DNA of 64,000 nucleotides from Rhizomicrobium sp. (GCA_035543495.1 DATKJT010000045.1:11445-75444); one strand, 5' to 3'; shown: positions 39,569 through 49,154, counted from the stretch's first letter. The notes: a model not told the origin generated them from the sequence alone. Program-made: numbers and translations.

Positions 39569-39711
39569 CTCACCTCCCCCTTGTGGGGAGGTCGAAAAAT
39601 GCGAAGCATTTTTCGGGCGGGGGGCCGAAGACAATGACAGACCCCGTCCCCCACCCGAAAAATCTTCGCTGCGCTCAGATTTTGTCGACCTCCCCACAAG
39701 GGGGAGGTAAG
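39569..39711. repeat. Palindromic repeat element, copy E, full
   Basis: CTCACCTCCCCCTTGTGGGGAGGTCG ... CGACCTCCCCACAAGGGGGAGGTAAG; fills the gap between the tetR and ribF stops. Confidence 0.92.
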
Positions 39712-39713
39712 TT

Positions 39714-40658
39714 TTAAATCCCCGCCAAAACCTTCCGCGCAGCATCGCTGTCCTTCGCGATCTGCACCTTCAGCGCTTCCAGCCCGTCGAGTTTCGCTTC
39801 CGGCCGAATGTAGCGGATGAACTCCACCGCCATATGCTTCCCGTAAAGATCGCCGTCGAAATCGAACAGATATGTCTCCAGCAGCGGCGTCGCGATCTCA
39901 TACATCGGCCGCACGCCGAAATTCGCCACGCCGCCGTAGCGCCCGACAGGCTTGTCATCCTCGATGATCGTCGCCCGCACCGCATAAACGCCGTAAGCCG
40001 GCCACAGAAAATCGTCGATCCGCATGTTCGCCGTGGGAAACCCGATCGTGCGGCCGCGCTTGTCGCCGTGATCGACGCGCGCCTCCACGCTCCAGAAATG
40101 CCCGAGCAGTTCCGCCGCTTCCTCCGGCCGTCCCTGTTTCAACGCCTCGCGGATGCGCGTCGACGAAATCTTCTCGTGTCCTTCCGCCGTGACCGGTTCG
40201 AACACCGTCACGCCAAACCCCTCCTGCTCGCCCATATAGGAAAGCGAGGTCACATTTCCCGTGCGCGCCTTGCCGAACTGGAAATCCTCTCCCACCACAA
40301 TCGCGCCGACGCCCAGCCCGTCCACCAGAACGTCCTGCACGAATTCATGCGCGTGTTTCTTCGCCATCTCGGCGTCGAACGACAGCGCGAACATCACGTC
40401 CGCGCCCAGTTCTGCGATCAGCCGCGCCTTGCGGCGAAAGGGCGTCAGGCGAAATGATTCCGTCGGTGGCCGGAAGAATTCCTGCGGATGCGGCTCGAAT
40501 GCGATCACGCCGAACGGGCTGCCGCGTTCTTCGGCCATGCGCTGCGCTTCGCCGATCAGTGCCTGATGGCCGCGATGCACGCCGTCGAAATTGCCAAGCG
40601 CCACCACCGCGCCCTTATAGGCGTCGGGAATATCGTTATAGTGACGGAAGATGCGCAT
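39714..40658 (-). CDS. ribF: Bifunctional riboflavin kinase/FAD synthetase
   Basis: GNFDGVHRGH, ISSTRIR, GRTIGFPTAN, GVRP, LETYLFDF. Confidence 0.96.
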   Translation of the reverse strand: MRIFRHYNDIPDAYKGAVVALGNFDGVHRGHQALIGEAQRMAEERGSPFGVIAFEPHPQEFFRPPTESFRLTPFRRKARLIAELGADVMFALSFDAEMAKKHAHEFVQDVLVDGLGVGAIVVGEDFQFGKARTGNVTSLSYMGEQEGFGVTVFEPVTAEGHEKISSTRIREALKQGRPEEAAELLGHFWSVEARVDHGDKRGRTIGFPTANMRIDDFLWPAYGVYAVRATIIEDDKPVGRYGGVANFGVRPMYEIATPLLETYLFDFDGDLYGKHMAVEFIRYIRPEAKLDGLEALKVQIAKDSDAARKVLAGI

Positions 40659-40670
40659 GGTGCGCGGGAC

Positions 40671-41093
40671 TTATCCTTTCGGCCGCGACGGAGCCATCAC
40701 CATGGCCTCGCCCTCGATCACCACGAGATCGCCAACCTTGCACACGCAATCGAAGATCACGCGCCGTTTCTCTGCGATTACCTCGCGCACCGTGCAGGTC
40801 GCGGTCACCTCGTCGCCGATCTTCACCGGCGCCTTGAACTTCGTCGTCAGGCTCATGAAGATCGTACCCGGTCCCGGCATCTTCATGCCGAGAATGGTCG
40901 AGATGTAGCTTGCCGAAAGCATGCCGTGCGCGATGCGCGTCTTGAACGGCGTGGTGGCCGCATAGGCTTCGTCGAAATGCGCCGGGTTCATGTCGCCCGA
41001 TAATTCGCCGAACATCTGGATGTCACGCTCCGTCACGGTGTGGACGTAGCTCTCCGACATTCCCGGCTTCAACTCGTCGATGTAATATCCCAT
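40671..41093 (-). CDS. MaoC/PhaJ-like (R)-enoyl-CoA hydratase
   Basis: SGDMNPAHFD, RIAHGML, LGMKMPGPG. Confidence 0.9.
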   Translation of the reverse strand: MGYYIDELKPGMSESYVHTVTERDIQMFGELSGDMNPAHFDEAYAATTPFKTRIAHGMLSASYISTILGMKMPGPGTIFMSLTTKFKAPVKIGDEVTATCTVREVIAEKRRVIFDCVCKVGDLVVIEGEAMVMAPSRPKG

Positions 41094-41141
41094 TGCGGTC
41101 CCGCCCCTCGAAGGTGAACCTTCGTCTTATCGGCAGGGGCG

Positions 41142-41999
41142 CTACCAGACAAGCTCACGCATCGCCGCGCGAGCATTTACCCCTGTTTTTTCAAACAGTT
41201 GCACCAAAGTCTCGGTGGTCATTTCCCCCAGCTCGGCGGCATGGATGCCGTGGGCTATGAACAGCACGTCGAATCCGATCGCATTGGCCCCCTTGAGATC
41301 GGTCTCCATCGCATCGCCTACCGCGAGCACCCGCGTGATGGTCCGCCGCGTCGCCCGGCGCATGGTCTCCAGCGCCAGATCGTAGATCGCCGGATACGGC
41401 TTGCCGAAATAAACGACTTCGCCCTCGATCTTTTCATAGGCGCGTGCAAGTGCGCCCGCGCAATAGACAAGCTGCCCGCCGCGCTGCACCACCTGATCGG
41501 GATTGGCGCACAGCATCGTCAGTTCTTTTTCCTTCAGCTTCGCCAGCAGTTCCGCGTAGTCATCCGGCGTCTCGTGATCGTCGTGATAAAGTCCGGTGCA
41601 CAGCACGATCTCCGCCTGATCGGCTTCCACACTCGCGACGTTCAAACCCTCGAACACGTCGCAGTCCCGCTCCGGTCCCAGATGCAGCATGGCAAGCGTC
41701 TTGTCCCGCGTCCGCCAGAGAAGATCGTCCCGCGCCGCCACGCCCGACGTCACCACCGCATCGAAACAATCGAGCGGCACGCCAATGGTCTCGAACTGTT
41801 TCATCAGAGTCGGTACCAGCCGCGGCGCATTGGAAAGCAGAACCACCGGCCCGCGATCCGCGCGGAATTTCCTCAGCGCGTCCGCCGCCGCCAGAAACGG
41901 CTCTTTCCCGTTATGCAACACACCCCACACGTCGCAAACAAGCGCATCGTATTCGCCCGCGATGTCGGAAAGGCCGGAGATGATACGGATGTCGTCCAT
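41142..41999 (-). CDS. TIGR01459 HAD-superfamily hydrolase (class IIA)
   Basis: CDVWGVLH, LSNAPR, CANPD, GKPY, VGDAMETD. Confidence 0.92.
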   Translation of the reverse strand: MDDIRIISGLSDIAGEYDALVCDVWGVLHNGKEPFLAAADALRKFRADRGPVVLLSNAPRLVPTLMKQFETIGVPLDCFDAVVTSGVAARDDLLWRTRDKTLAMLHLGPERDCDVFEGLNVASVEADQAEIVLCTGLYHDDHETPDDYAELLAKLKEKELTMLCANPDQVVQRGGQLVYCAGALARAYEKIEGEVVYFGKPYPAIYDLALETMRRATRRTITRVLAVGDAMETDLKGANAIGFDVLFIAHGIHAAELGEMTTETLVQLFEKTGVNARAAMRELVW

Positions 42000-42048
42000 G
42001 TGTCACGCCGTAGCCGATGGCGCGCAAAGCCTCAAGGGGAGGCGGGTT

Positions 42049-44058
42049 CTAAAGTTTGGCCGTCAACGAGAATCGCACTTCGCGCGGCTCGGCCGGATGG
42101 GTGTGGATGTCGTCCACACCGCCCGCCGGCTCGCCGGGAAGCCGGGAGGTGTAATAATAATCGATGTCGCTGACCGATGCATCGAGCAGGTTGAACACGC
42201 TCACCCCAACCGTCCAGCGTTCGTCGATCGCATAGCCCAGATCGGCATAGAGCAGGGTGGTCGATTTGGATTGTATCGCATTGTCCTGCGTCAAAGGCCG
42301 CGGCCCGAAATAGCGAAGCCGCAATCCCGCCGTCCAAGGCCCCAGATCGTGCAGCGCGACACCGCCATCGAATGTCGCCACCAGCGCTTCCGGAACATAG
42401 GGACCGTCCGGCTCGTAATCGGTGAATCGCGAATGCGACCAAGCATAATCCGCATCGATCGTCAGCCACGGCGTCGGCGTGTAGAAATTCGCAAGCTCGA
42501 TGCCGTAGCGCCGCGTGGGCCCGCTCGGCTCCGTCGTGCCTTCGTCGCCCGCCCAGGTAAGCTCCGACGCAATGTCCAGCATCCAGAACGACACCGAACT
42601 CTGCAGCCCCGGAAAGATTTCCGTTCGCGCGCCGATCTCCGCGCCTCTTGCGCGCGCCAGCGGTGTCGCCGGATCGACGGTCGCCACCACGCCGCGTGCA
42701 TCGTTGCTGTGAAAACCATAACCCGCATTCAGATAGAATTCCGTCTGCGCCCATGGCCCGAACACCATCGCAAGTTTCGGGCTGAATTGCGCCGCCGTCA
42801 CATCGCCGGAATTTCCGCCTACGATGTTGTCGACGCCGAAACGAAACACATCCTCCCGCGCGCCCAAGGTGGTGCGGAACCATGACGTCCACTTGGCGCG
42901 GCTTTCAAAGGTGATCGCGCCGCTCGTCTCGTCGATGCTGTTTATGGTGCGCGGTTCGAGCCGCATGCGCTGCTCGGTATGGAACAGTCCGTTGTGAATG
43001 AAGTCGCTGCGGAAATCCGCACCCACCGTGTTGTCGATCTCCGTTCCGAACAGACTGCCCGACCATTCGTGCGTGGTGTTGCCGCCCAGCATGTAACGGT
43101 GATCCTGCTGCTCGATCTGGTCGCCATGCACCGGATCGTCGAGGAAGTAGGTGAAATCGGAAAACAGGTCGAGGTCGTAATAGAGCCCGTAGACCTTGGC
43201 TTGCGTCGCGTCATCCGCCGAATGCCACCCTGCCGTCAGCGCATAGCGTCCCGTCTTGCCGCCGTCGGATGTGTCGAGCGAGCCCCAGCGGTCGATCAGC
43301 CCGTCATCGATGGCGCGGTCCGCCACCTGGTCGGTCGAATTCCAGATGTTGTGATAGCCGCTGGCGGTGATGGTCCATGCACCGGCTGTGTACCGCAGCA
43401 ACCCGTCGAACTTTCGCTCGTCGTCGGGATTGTCCCACGGTCCGTTGTTGTGTTCGAACTCCATCGCATAGATCAGATTGCCGTCCGCGACCGCCGCATT
43501 GTTGGCGATCAACCCGCGCGCATAACCGAACTGCCCGCCTTCCAGCTTCACAAGCCCGTTGGGCAGTACATCGTAATAATGAATGTCGATCGCGCCCGCC
43601 GCACCGAAGTCTCCGACATCGGCGTAGTAGGGGCCTTTCTTGTAGTCCACCCGCTCCACAAGCTCCGGGATCAGCATGTTGAGATCGGAATACCCCTGCC
43701 CGTGCGCATGGCTCACCATGTTGACCGGCACATCGTCGAGGTTCACCGAAATGTCGGTGCCATGATCGAGATTGAACCCGCGCAGGAAATACTGGTTGGC
43801 CTTGCCGCTGCCCGAATGCTGCGTGATGATAACGCCGGGAATGTTCTCCACGATTTCACCGGGCCTCAGCAACGGACGCAACGCAAGGTCCGCCGCGCTC
43901 ACGCTGCCTTGATTGGCGGAATCGGCGATCCCTTCCAGATTGGCCGCCCGTCCCGTCACGGTCACCGTTTCGATGCTCGCATCCTGGCTGGCGAACGCGC
44001 TGGCGCCCGATAGTGTGCCGGCCAAAGCGGCTGCCGCAAAACATCCTCTCCGAACCAA
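42049..44058 (-). CDS. TonB-dependent receptor, probable nickel (or cobalt) transporter
   Basis: Signal peptide, TonB box ETVTVTG, plug QHSGSGKANQYFLRGF...HAHGQGY, RVDYKKGPY; TTG start with GGGAGG; NikR box upstream. Confidence 0.9.
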   Translation of the reverse strand: MVRRGCFAAAALAGTLSGASAFASQDASIETVTVTGRAANLEGIADSANQGSVSAADLALRPLLRPGEIVENIPGVIITQHSGSGKANQYFLRGFNLDHGTDISVNLDDVPVNMVSHAHGQGYSDLNMLIPELVERVDYKKGPYYADVGDFGAAGAIDIHYYDVLPNGLVKLEGGQFGYARGLIANNAAVADGNLIYAMEFEHNNGPWDNPDDERKFDGLLRYTAGAWTITASGYHNIWNSTDQVADRAIDDGLIDRWGSLDTSDGGKTGRYALTAGWHSADDATQAKVYGLYYDLDLFSDFTYFLDDPVHGDQIEQQDHRYMLGGNTTHEWSGSLFGTEIDNTVGADFRSDFIHNGLFHTEQRMRLEPRTINSIDETSGAITFESRAKWTSWFRTTLGAREDVFRFGVDNIVGGNSGDVTAAQFSPKLAMVFGPWAQTEFYLNAGYGFHSNDARGVVATVDPATPLARARGAEIGARTEIFPGLQSSVSFWMLDIASELTWAGDEGTTEPSGPTRRYGIELANFYTPTPWLTIDADYAWSHSRFTDYEPDGPYVPEALVATFDGGVALHDLGPWTAGLRLRYFGPRPLTQDNAIQSKSTTLLYADLGYAIDERWTVGVSVFNLLDASVSDIDYYYTSRLPGEPAGGVDDIHTHPAEPREVRFSLTAKL

Positions 44059-44076
44059 GGTATGCCCTCCCGCCGG

Positions 44077-44104
44077 GTATGATGATTATCCAAATTCATC
44101 ATAC
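44077..44104. promoter_or_regulatory. NikR operator
   Basis: GTATGA-N16-TCATAC (extends to GTATGATGA-N10-TCATCATAC), identical to the E. coli NikR consensus, 19 bp upstream of the receptor start. Confidence 0.9.
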
Positions 44105-44243
44105 ACCTTAATGGCGGATCGGCCGATGTAAAGCGGAATCCTATTCCGATCTGAATAGCTCCCATACCGGTTTGGCATGGTCTATCAAAAGGGTAATGTG
44201 TTCGCGATAAATATCGCATCGGTACAGGGCAGGAGTTTCGGCA

Positions 44244-44651
44244 ATGCAGCGCGTGACCATCGTTCTCGACGACGAACTGGCGGAAGAAATCGATGGGCTG
44301 GTCGCGCGCCGCGGCTACCAGAACCGTTCGGAGGCCATCCGCGATCTTGCGCGCTCCGGCCTGCGGGAAGCGCAGGAAGAAGATCAGTCGAAAGGCAAAC
44401 GGGTCGCCGCGCTATCTTATGTTTACAACCACCACTCCCGCGATCTCGCCAAACGCCTGACCGAGGCGTTCCACGATCATCACGCGAGCACGGTGGCCTC
44501 GATGCACGTCCATCTCGACCACGAAAACTGTCTTGAAGTCAGCATCCTCAAAGGGCCTGCAAAGATCCTGCGCCAGATCGGCGGCAAGGTGATCGCCGAA
44601 CGCGGCGTCCAGCACGGCCGCCTCGCCATGTATCCGGTGAAAGAGGACTGA
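44244..44651 (+). CDS. nikR: Nickel-responsive regulator NikR
   Basis: MQRVTIVLD ribbon, NRSEAIRD, YVYNHH, HDHH, MHVHLDHENCLEV Ni ligands. Confidence 0.95.
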   Translation: MQRVTIVLDDELAEEIDGLVARRGYQNRSEAIRDLARSGLREAQEEDQSKGKRVAALSYVYNHHSRDLAKRLTEAFHDHHASTVASMHVHLDHENCLEVSILKGPAKILRQIGGKVIAERGVQHGRLAMYPVKED

Positions 44652-44654
44652 ACC

Positions 44655-45911
44655 TTATCCTGCTTTGCGCAGGGGAATGATCGCTGCCGGCCCCTGCGGC
44701 CGTTCGGCGGAAGGCGTTTCCTTCAGCACTTCGTCGCGCACCGCGCGCGGTTCGCCGAACAGATAGCCTTGCGCGAAATCCACGCCGTATTCGAGCAGTT
44801 GCACGACGGTCTTTTCGTCTTCCACGCGCTCGGCAATCAGGTTCAACCCGTGGCGCTGGAGCAATTCCTTGAAATCCTGCGCCGAAACCATCGCCCTGGC
44901 ATCGCCCATTCCACCCACAAGCGTGGACGCCCGCACCTTGATGTGGCGGAAGCCCAGCCGCTTCAGCTTGGCGAAGTCGAGCGCCAGCGTTTCGACGTGA
45001 TCGAGCGACAACGCAAAGCCGAGCCCGGAGAGATAGGAGAGGTTGGTTTCGCCTTCCGCACCCGCCTTGTCGATCGCATCCTGCGAAAATTCGAACACGA
45101 TCCGCCCCGCCAGGTCGCGGTTGTGGTGCATGTATTCGAGGAATTGCGGAAAGAACTCCGGATCGGTCAGCGTATCGCCCGCGATGTTGCAGAAGATCGC
45201 GATCTCGCGGTTCTTCTGCGTCAACCGGCGCATCACCTGCACGCAACGGAACAGCAGCAGATTGTCCACCACGCTCATCAAACCGGCCGGTGCCGCGATG
45301 CGCATATATTGCGCTGGCATGATGACGGTGCCGTCTTCGGCGCGCAACCGCGACAGCGCTTCGTAATAACGCAGTTTCCGCTGCGGCAAACTGACTGTCG
45401 GCTGCAGGTAAAGGTCGACGCGGTTCTGCTCCAGCGAGGTGCGCACCATTTCCAAAAGCGTGGAATCGGCCAGCGCGTTGAAACCCGCCCGTTGCGGCGC
45501 CGCCAGCGCGGCCGGTTTGACCTGCGCAGGAATCTCTTTCGCCTTGTTGGAAATGCGATGCGCGAACTCCCGCATCAGCCCTTCGAGCATCTGCAGTTCG
45601 GCCACGATCTTGCGGTTGTTCTCGTTCGTCTTGGTTTCCACGATCTGCGTGATCTCAGCGATCTTGCCGCTCGTCTCGTCGATCGATTTCTGAAACGAAA
45701 GTCCCGCGGTCTTCAACATGCGAATGTCGTTGGCGGTGCGCGTCTTGTCCCGGCGGCGCAGGAAGCTCGCGTGAATCTGCCCGCAAAGAACGGTGGCGAT
45801 GAACGTCATCATCAACGCTTGCGACATCGGCCATCCCAGCCACATGCCGGTCGCACCCGCCGCCAGCGCGCAAACCGTCGCGTAGGTCATCACGATGAGA
45901 ATGTTGAGCAT
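44655..45911 (-). CDS. tipF: Membrane-anchored degenerate EAL protein, TipF-like
   Basis: Two N-terminal TM helices, coiled coil, QP..SL...YEALSRL, DHV in place of DDFGTG, AERVE, QGYLF; CtrA box upstream. Confidence 0.65.
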   Translation of the reverse strand: MLNILIVMTYATVCALAAGATGMWLGWPMSQALMMTFIATVLCGQIHASFLRRRDKTRTANDIRMLKTAGLSFQKSIDETSGKIAEITQIVETKTNENNRKIVAELQMLEGLMREFAHRISNKAKEIPAQVKPAALAAPQRAGFNALADSTLLEMVRTSLEQNRVDLYLQPTVSLPQRKLRYYEALSRLRAEDGTVIMPAQYMRIAAPAGLMSVVDNLLLFRCVQVMRRLTQKNREIAIFCNIAGDTLTDPEFFPQFLEYMHHNRDLAGRIVFEFSQDAIDKAGAEGETNLSYLSGLGFALSLDHVETLALDFAKLKRLGFRHIKVRASTLVGGMGDARAMVSAQDFKELLQRHGLNLIAERVEDEKTVVQLLEYGVDFAQGYLFGEPRAVRDEVLKETPSAERPQGPAAIIPLRKAG

Positions 45912-46015
45912 GGAAAAGCCGCCGTCCCGAATTCAGGCGGCAAGTATTGCCGGGTGAGTGTTTCCAAGCTGTTAACCCCACAAACCCGCAGGATACGGTG
46001 CTCCGCGTCGCCAAA

Positions 46016-46030
46016 TTAATCCTTCATTAA
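46016..46030. promoter_or_regulatory. CtrA box
   Basis: TTAA-TCCTTCA-TTAA exact TTAA-N7-TTAA, plus GTTAAC at 45971, upstream of the TipF-like gene. Confidence 0.75.
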
Positions 46031-46051
46031 GTCCGTTCGCCGCCCGCCAGT

Positions 46052-46065
46052 TTGATCTGGGTCAG
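46052..46065 (+). promoter_or_regulatory. Degenerate FNR/FixK box
   Basis: TTGAT-CTGG-GTCAG, two mismatches to TTGAT-N4-ATCAA, about 48 nt before the USP start. Confidence 0.5.
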
Positions 46066-46112
46066 GGTAAAGCGTGGGCAGGGTGGCATCTTGGCTGGCA
46101 ACGGAGGCTCTT

Positions 46113-46967
46113 ATGATAAAGACCATTCTCGTTCCGCTTGCGGGCGATGCCGACGAAGCAACACTCGAACTTGCGCACGCCATCGCCAAACAGTTCGATG
46201 CCCATATCGACGTGCTGCATGTCCGCGCCAATCCGGTTCAGGAACTGGTGCAGATGACCGTCGGCGACGGCCTTGTCACCCGGACGTTGTGGGACGCCAT
46301 CACCGACGAGATCAAACGCAAGCGCGACAAGGCGAAGAACAGCTTCGATGCCTTCTGCAAGACAAAAGACCTGCGCGCTGTCGCGGATCCAAAACTGTCT
46401 CCCACGCCCAACGCCAACTGGATCGAATGCGAAGGCGAATTCGCCAGGGAGGTCGCGGCGCGTGCCCGTTTCCACGATCTCACCGTCACCACGCGCGGCG
46501 CCTTCGATGCCGGCGAGTTGGGCGATATTCTCGTCCGGTCCGGCCGCCCGATATTGCTGGCGTCGCATTCCAAAAAACACGAACCCGTCTTCGGCACCGT
46601 CGCGATTGCGTGGAAGGAAACGGCCGAAAGCGCGCACATGATCAGCGCCGCCATGCCGATCATCGAGGAAGCCGAAAAGGTCGTCATCTTCGTCGCCGCC
46701 GAAGATGGCGACACCAATGTCAAAATCGGCTCCGCCGAAAAACTTTCCGATCACTTGCGCTGGCACGGCGTCGAGCCCGAAATCCATTGCATCTCCGGCG
46801 AGGCGGGAGAGGTTGGCCAAACTCTCGTCCACGCCGCGCAAAAAGCACAAGCGGGCCTCCTGCTTCTCGGCGGCTATGGCCACAGCCGCGCCCGCGAATT
46901 CGTACTGGGCGGCGTCACGCGCTATGCTTTGGACTCCACCGACGTTCCGGTGTTCATCGTCCATTGA
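46113..46967 (+). CDS. Universal stress protein (tandem USP)
   Basis: IKTILVPL, RFHDLTV, IAWKETAES, GGYGHSRAREFVLGGVTR, VPVFIVH. Confidence 0.9.
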   Translation: MIKTILVPLAGDADEATLELAHAIAKQFDAHIDVLHVRANPVQELVQMTVGDGLVTRTLWDAITDEIKRKRDKAKNSFDAFCKTKDLRAVADPKLSPTPNANWIECEGEFAREVAARARFHDLTVTTRGAFDAGELGDILVRSGRPILLASHSKKHEPVFGTVAIAWKETAESAHMISAAMPIIEEAEKVVIFVAAEDGDTNVKIGSAEKLSDHLRWHGVEPEIHCISGEAGEVGQTLVHAAQKAQAGLLLLGGYGHSRAREFVLGGVTRYALDSTDVPVFIVH

Positions 46968-46980
46968 AAGGGATCTCCGC

Positions 46981-47748
46981 GTGAACAGGCTCAAGGGAAA
47001 AACCGCCATTATCACCGGCGCAGGGTTGGGTATCGGTCACGCCACCGCCCTTCGCATGGCGGAGGAGGGCGCGAGCATCGCCGCTCTCGACATGCTGGAA
47101 AAAGAAGGCCGCGCCTTCGCCGACGATCTAAAGTCGCGCGGCCACAACGCAAAATTTTTTCCCTGTGACGTCACGAAAGAAGCCGATGTCGCCCGCGCCA
47201 TAAACGCCGCCGCATCCGAATTCGGCCGCCTGGACATCCTCGTCAACAATGCGGGCGTCTCCGGCGCCAGCAAGCCCACCCACGAAATCACCGAAGCCGA
47301 GTGGGACTTCGTGCAGGCGGTAAACGTCAAAGGCGTCTTCTTCTGCACCAAACACGCGATCCCGCACCTGAAGAAGGCGGGTGGCGGCAGCATCATCAAC
47401 CTGTCGTCGATCTATGGACTTGTGGGCGCCCCCGATGCGCCGCCCTATCACGCGTCGAAAGGTGCCGTGCGCCTGATGTCCAAAACCGACGCCATGATTT
47501 ATGCGCCGGACAGGATCCGCGTGAACTCCGTCCATCCCGGCTACATCTGGACGCCCATGGTCCAGCACGTTCTCGAACAATCGCCGGACGCTGCCACCCA
47601 GCAGGCGGCGCTTGAACAGCTTCATCCGCTCGGCCATCTCGGCGAGCCGGATGACATCGCCTGGATCATCGTCTATCTCGCCTCAGACGAAGCCAAATTC
47701 GTCACCGGCGCGGAATTCGTGATCGACGGCGGCTACACGGCGCGTTGA
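46981..47748 (+). CDS. SDR oxidoreductase (3alpha,20beta-HSD/cyclopentanol dehydrogenase-like)
   Basis: TGAGLGIG, NNAG, NLSS, YHASK, RVNSVHPG, DGGYTA; GTG start. Confidence 0.9.
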   Translation: MNRLKGKTAIITGAGLGIGHATALRMAEEGASIAALDMLEKEGRAFADDLKSRGHNAKFFPCDVTKEADVARAINAAASEFGRLDILVNNAGVSGASKPTHEITEAEWDFVQAVNVKGVFFCTKHAIPHLKKAGGGSIINLSSIYGLVGAPDAPPYHASKGAVRLMSKTDAMIYAPDRIRVNSVHPGYIWTPMVQHVLEQSPDAATQQAALEQLHPLGHLGEPDDIAWIIVYLASDEAKFVTGAEFVIDGGYTAR

Positions 47749-47751
47749 ACC

Positions 47752-48063
47752 ATGCGTTACCTCGTTCCACTCACCGCAACGCTTTTCCTTCTCTGCACCA
47801 CGGCGGAAGCCGCGCCGGGAAACGCGGAGGCCGGTCGCGATCTGGCCGCCTCATCCTGTTCGGGTTGCCACACGCTTCCCTCCGCGCACGAAGGTGCCGA
47901 CACGGCGCCGCCTTTCGCCAACATCGCGCGCGATCACAAAGGCGACCGTACATGGGTCCGCACCTGGTTGATGAATCCGCATCCGCCGATGAAGGGCCTC
48001 AACCTTTCCCGCCAGCAGATCGACGATATCAACGCCTATCTCGAATCGCTCTCACCGCCCTGA
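47752..48063 (+). CDS. Small c-type cytochrome
   Basis: Signal peptide, CSGCH heme motif, APPF, HPPM distal Met. Confidence 0.88.
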   Translation: MRYLVPLTATLFLLCTTAEAAPGNAEAGRDLAASSCSGCHTLPSAHEGADTAPPFANIARDHKGDRTWVRTWLMNPHPPMKGLNLSRQQIDDINAYLESLSPP

Positions 48064-48064
48064 C

Positions 48065-49009
48065 ATGCGCAAAAGAGTGGTCACACTCACGCTCAATCCG
48101 GCGCTCGACATCGCCGCGAGCGTCGCCAAACTCGTGCCCGACCGCAAATTGCGTTGCGAGGACACGCGGAAAGATTCCGGCGGCGGCGGCGTCAACGTCG
48201 CGCGCGTCATTCATCGCCTCGAAGGCGAGGTCACCGCAATTTTTCCGGCCGGCGGCGTGGCAGGCGAAGTCGTCTGCCAGCGTCTGCGCGAAGAACGCGT
48301 ACCGTTCCACGCCATCCCGGTCGCGGGCGAAACGCGCGAAAACTTTAACGTCATCGACCGCGAAACGACCAAACAGTACCGGTTCATCTTTCCCGGCTCG
48401 GCGTTGTCCGAAATCGATTGGCGTGCCTGCCTCAACGCCGCCCTCGCGCTTCTAACCCCCGGCGATTATCTCGTCGGCAGCGGCAGTCTTCCGCCCGGCG
48501 TGCCGGAAGATTTCTACGCGCGAATGGCCCGCGCGGCGCAAGCCAAAGGTGCCAACGCCGTCGTCGATGCCTCCGGTCCCGCGCTGAAGGGCTTCGACAC
48601 GCAAAAAGTCCATCTCCTCAAAACGAGCCGCAGCGAAATGAGCGATCTCGTCGGCCACGCGCTCCCCAACCTCGCATCGTGGCAAACCGCTTGCACGAAT
48701 ATCGTTGCGGAGCGCAAAGCCGATCTTGTCGCACTATCTCTTGGCCCGGAAGGCGCGCTTCTCGCGGCAAGCAACGGCATCTGGCGTGCAACCGCGCCCG
48801 CCATGTCATCCGCCAATGCCGTGGGCGCTGGTGACAGCTTCCTCGCAGCTCTTGTCTGGAAGCTCGCGAACGGCGCCGCTCCGCCGGACGCATTGCCCTT
48901 CGCCGTCGCCGCCGGTTCGGCCGCCATGCTCGCCGTCGGAACAGGCCTCTGCGAACGGGCGAACATCGATCGGTTGGCAAAAGACATCGCGATCGAACGC
49001 CTGCCATAA
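48065..49009 (+). CDS. pfkB: 1-phosphofructokinase family (PfkB) sugar kinase
   Basis: TLNPALD, GGGGVNVAR, ETREN, SGSLPPG, VGAGDS. Confidence 0.88.
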   Translation: MRKRVVTLTLNPALDIAASVAKLVPDRKLRCEDTRKDSGGGGVNVARVIHRLEGEVTAIFPAGGVAGEVVCQRLREERVPFHAIPVAGETRENFNVIDRETTKQYRFIFPGSALSEIDWRACLNAALALLTPGDYLVGSGSLPPGVPEDFYARMARAAQAKGANAVVDASGPALKGFDTQKVHLLKTSRSEMSDLVGHALPNLASWQTACTNIVAERKADLVALSLGPEGALLAASNGIWRATAPAMSSANAVGAGDSFLAALVWKLANGAAPPDALPFAVAAGSAAMLAVGTGLCERANIDRLAKDIAIERLP

Positions 49010-49084
49010 CGCAAGCCTTGCACACGCGAGGCGTTCGCAATTTTTGTGGTGCTTTCGCAACAGCCAAAGGCGATGGAATTTCGG

Positions 49085-49098
49085 TTGATGGAGATCAA
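49085..49098 (+). promoter_or_regulatory. FNR/FixK box
   Basis: TTGAT-GGAG-ATCAA perfect consensus, 57 nt upstream of ompW. Confidence 0.88.
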
Positions 49099-49154
49099 CC
49101 GCCGCCACACACCGCTCGCCTACGCAAGGAACACGAAACTCTGAGGGTGTTCAC

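Noticed and set aside
40658-40700. FMN riboswitch before ribF
   Set aside because: Only a 12-nt gap; no RFN motif
49124-49154. GAACAC/GTGTTC hairpin around the ompW RBS as an RNA thermometer
   Set aside because: Only 6 bp and the SD lies in the loop; too weak to claim
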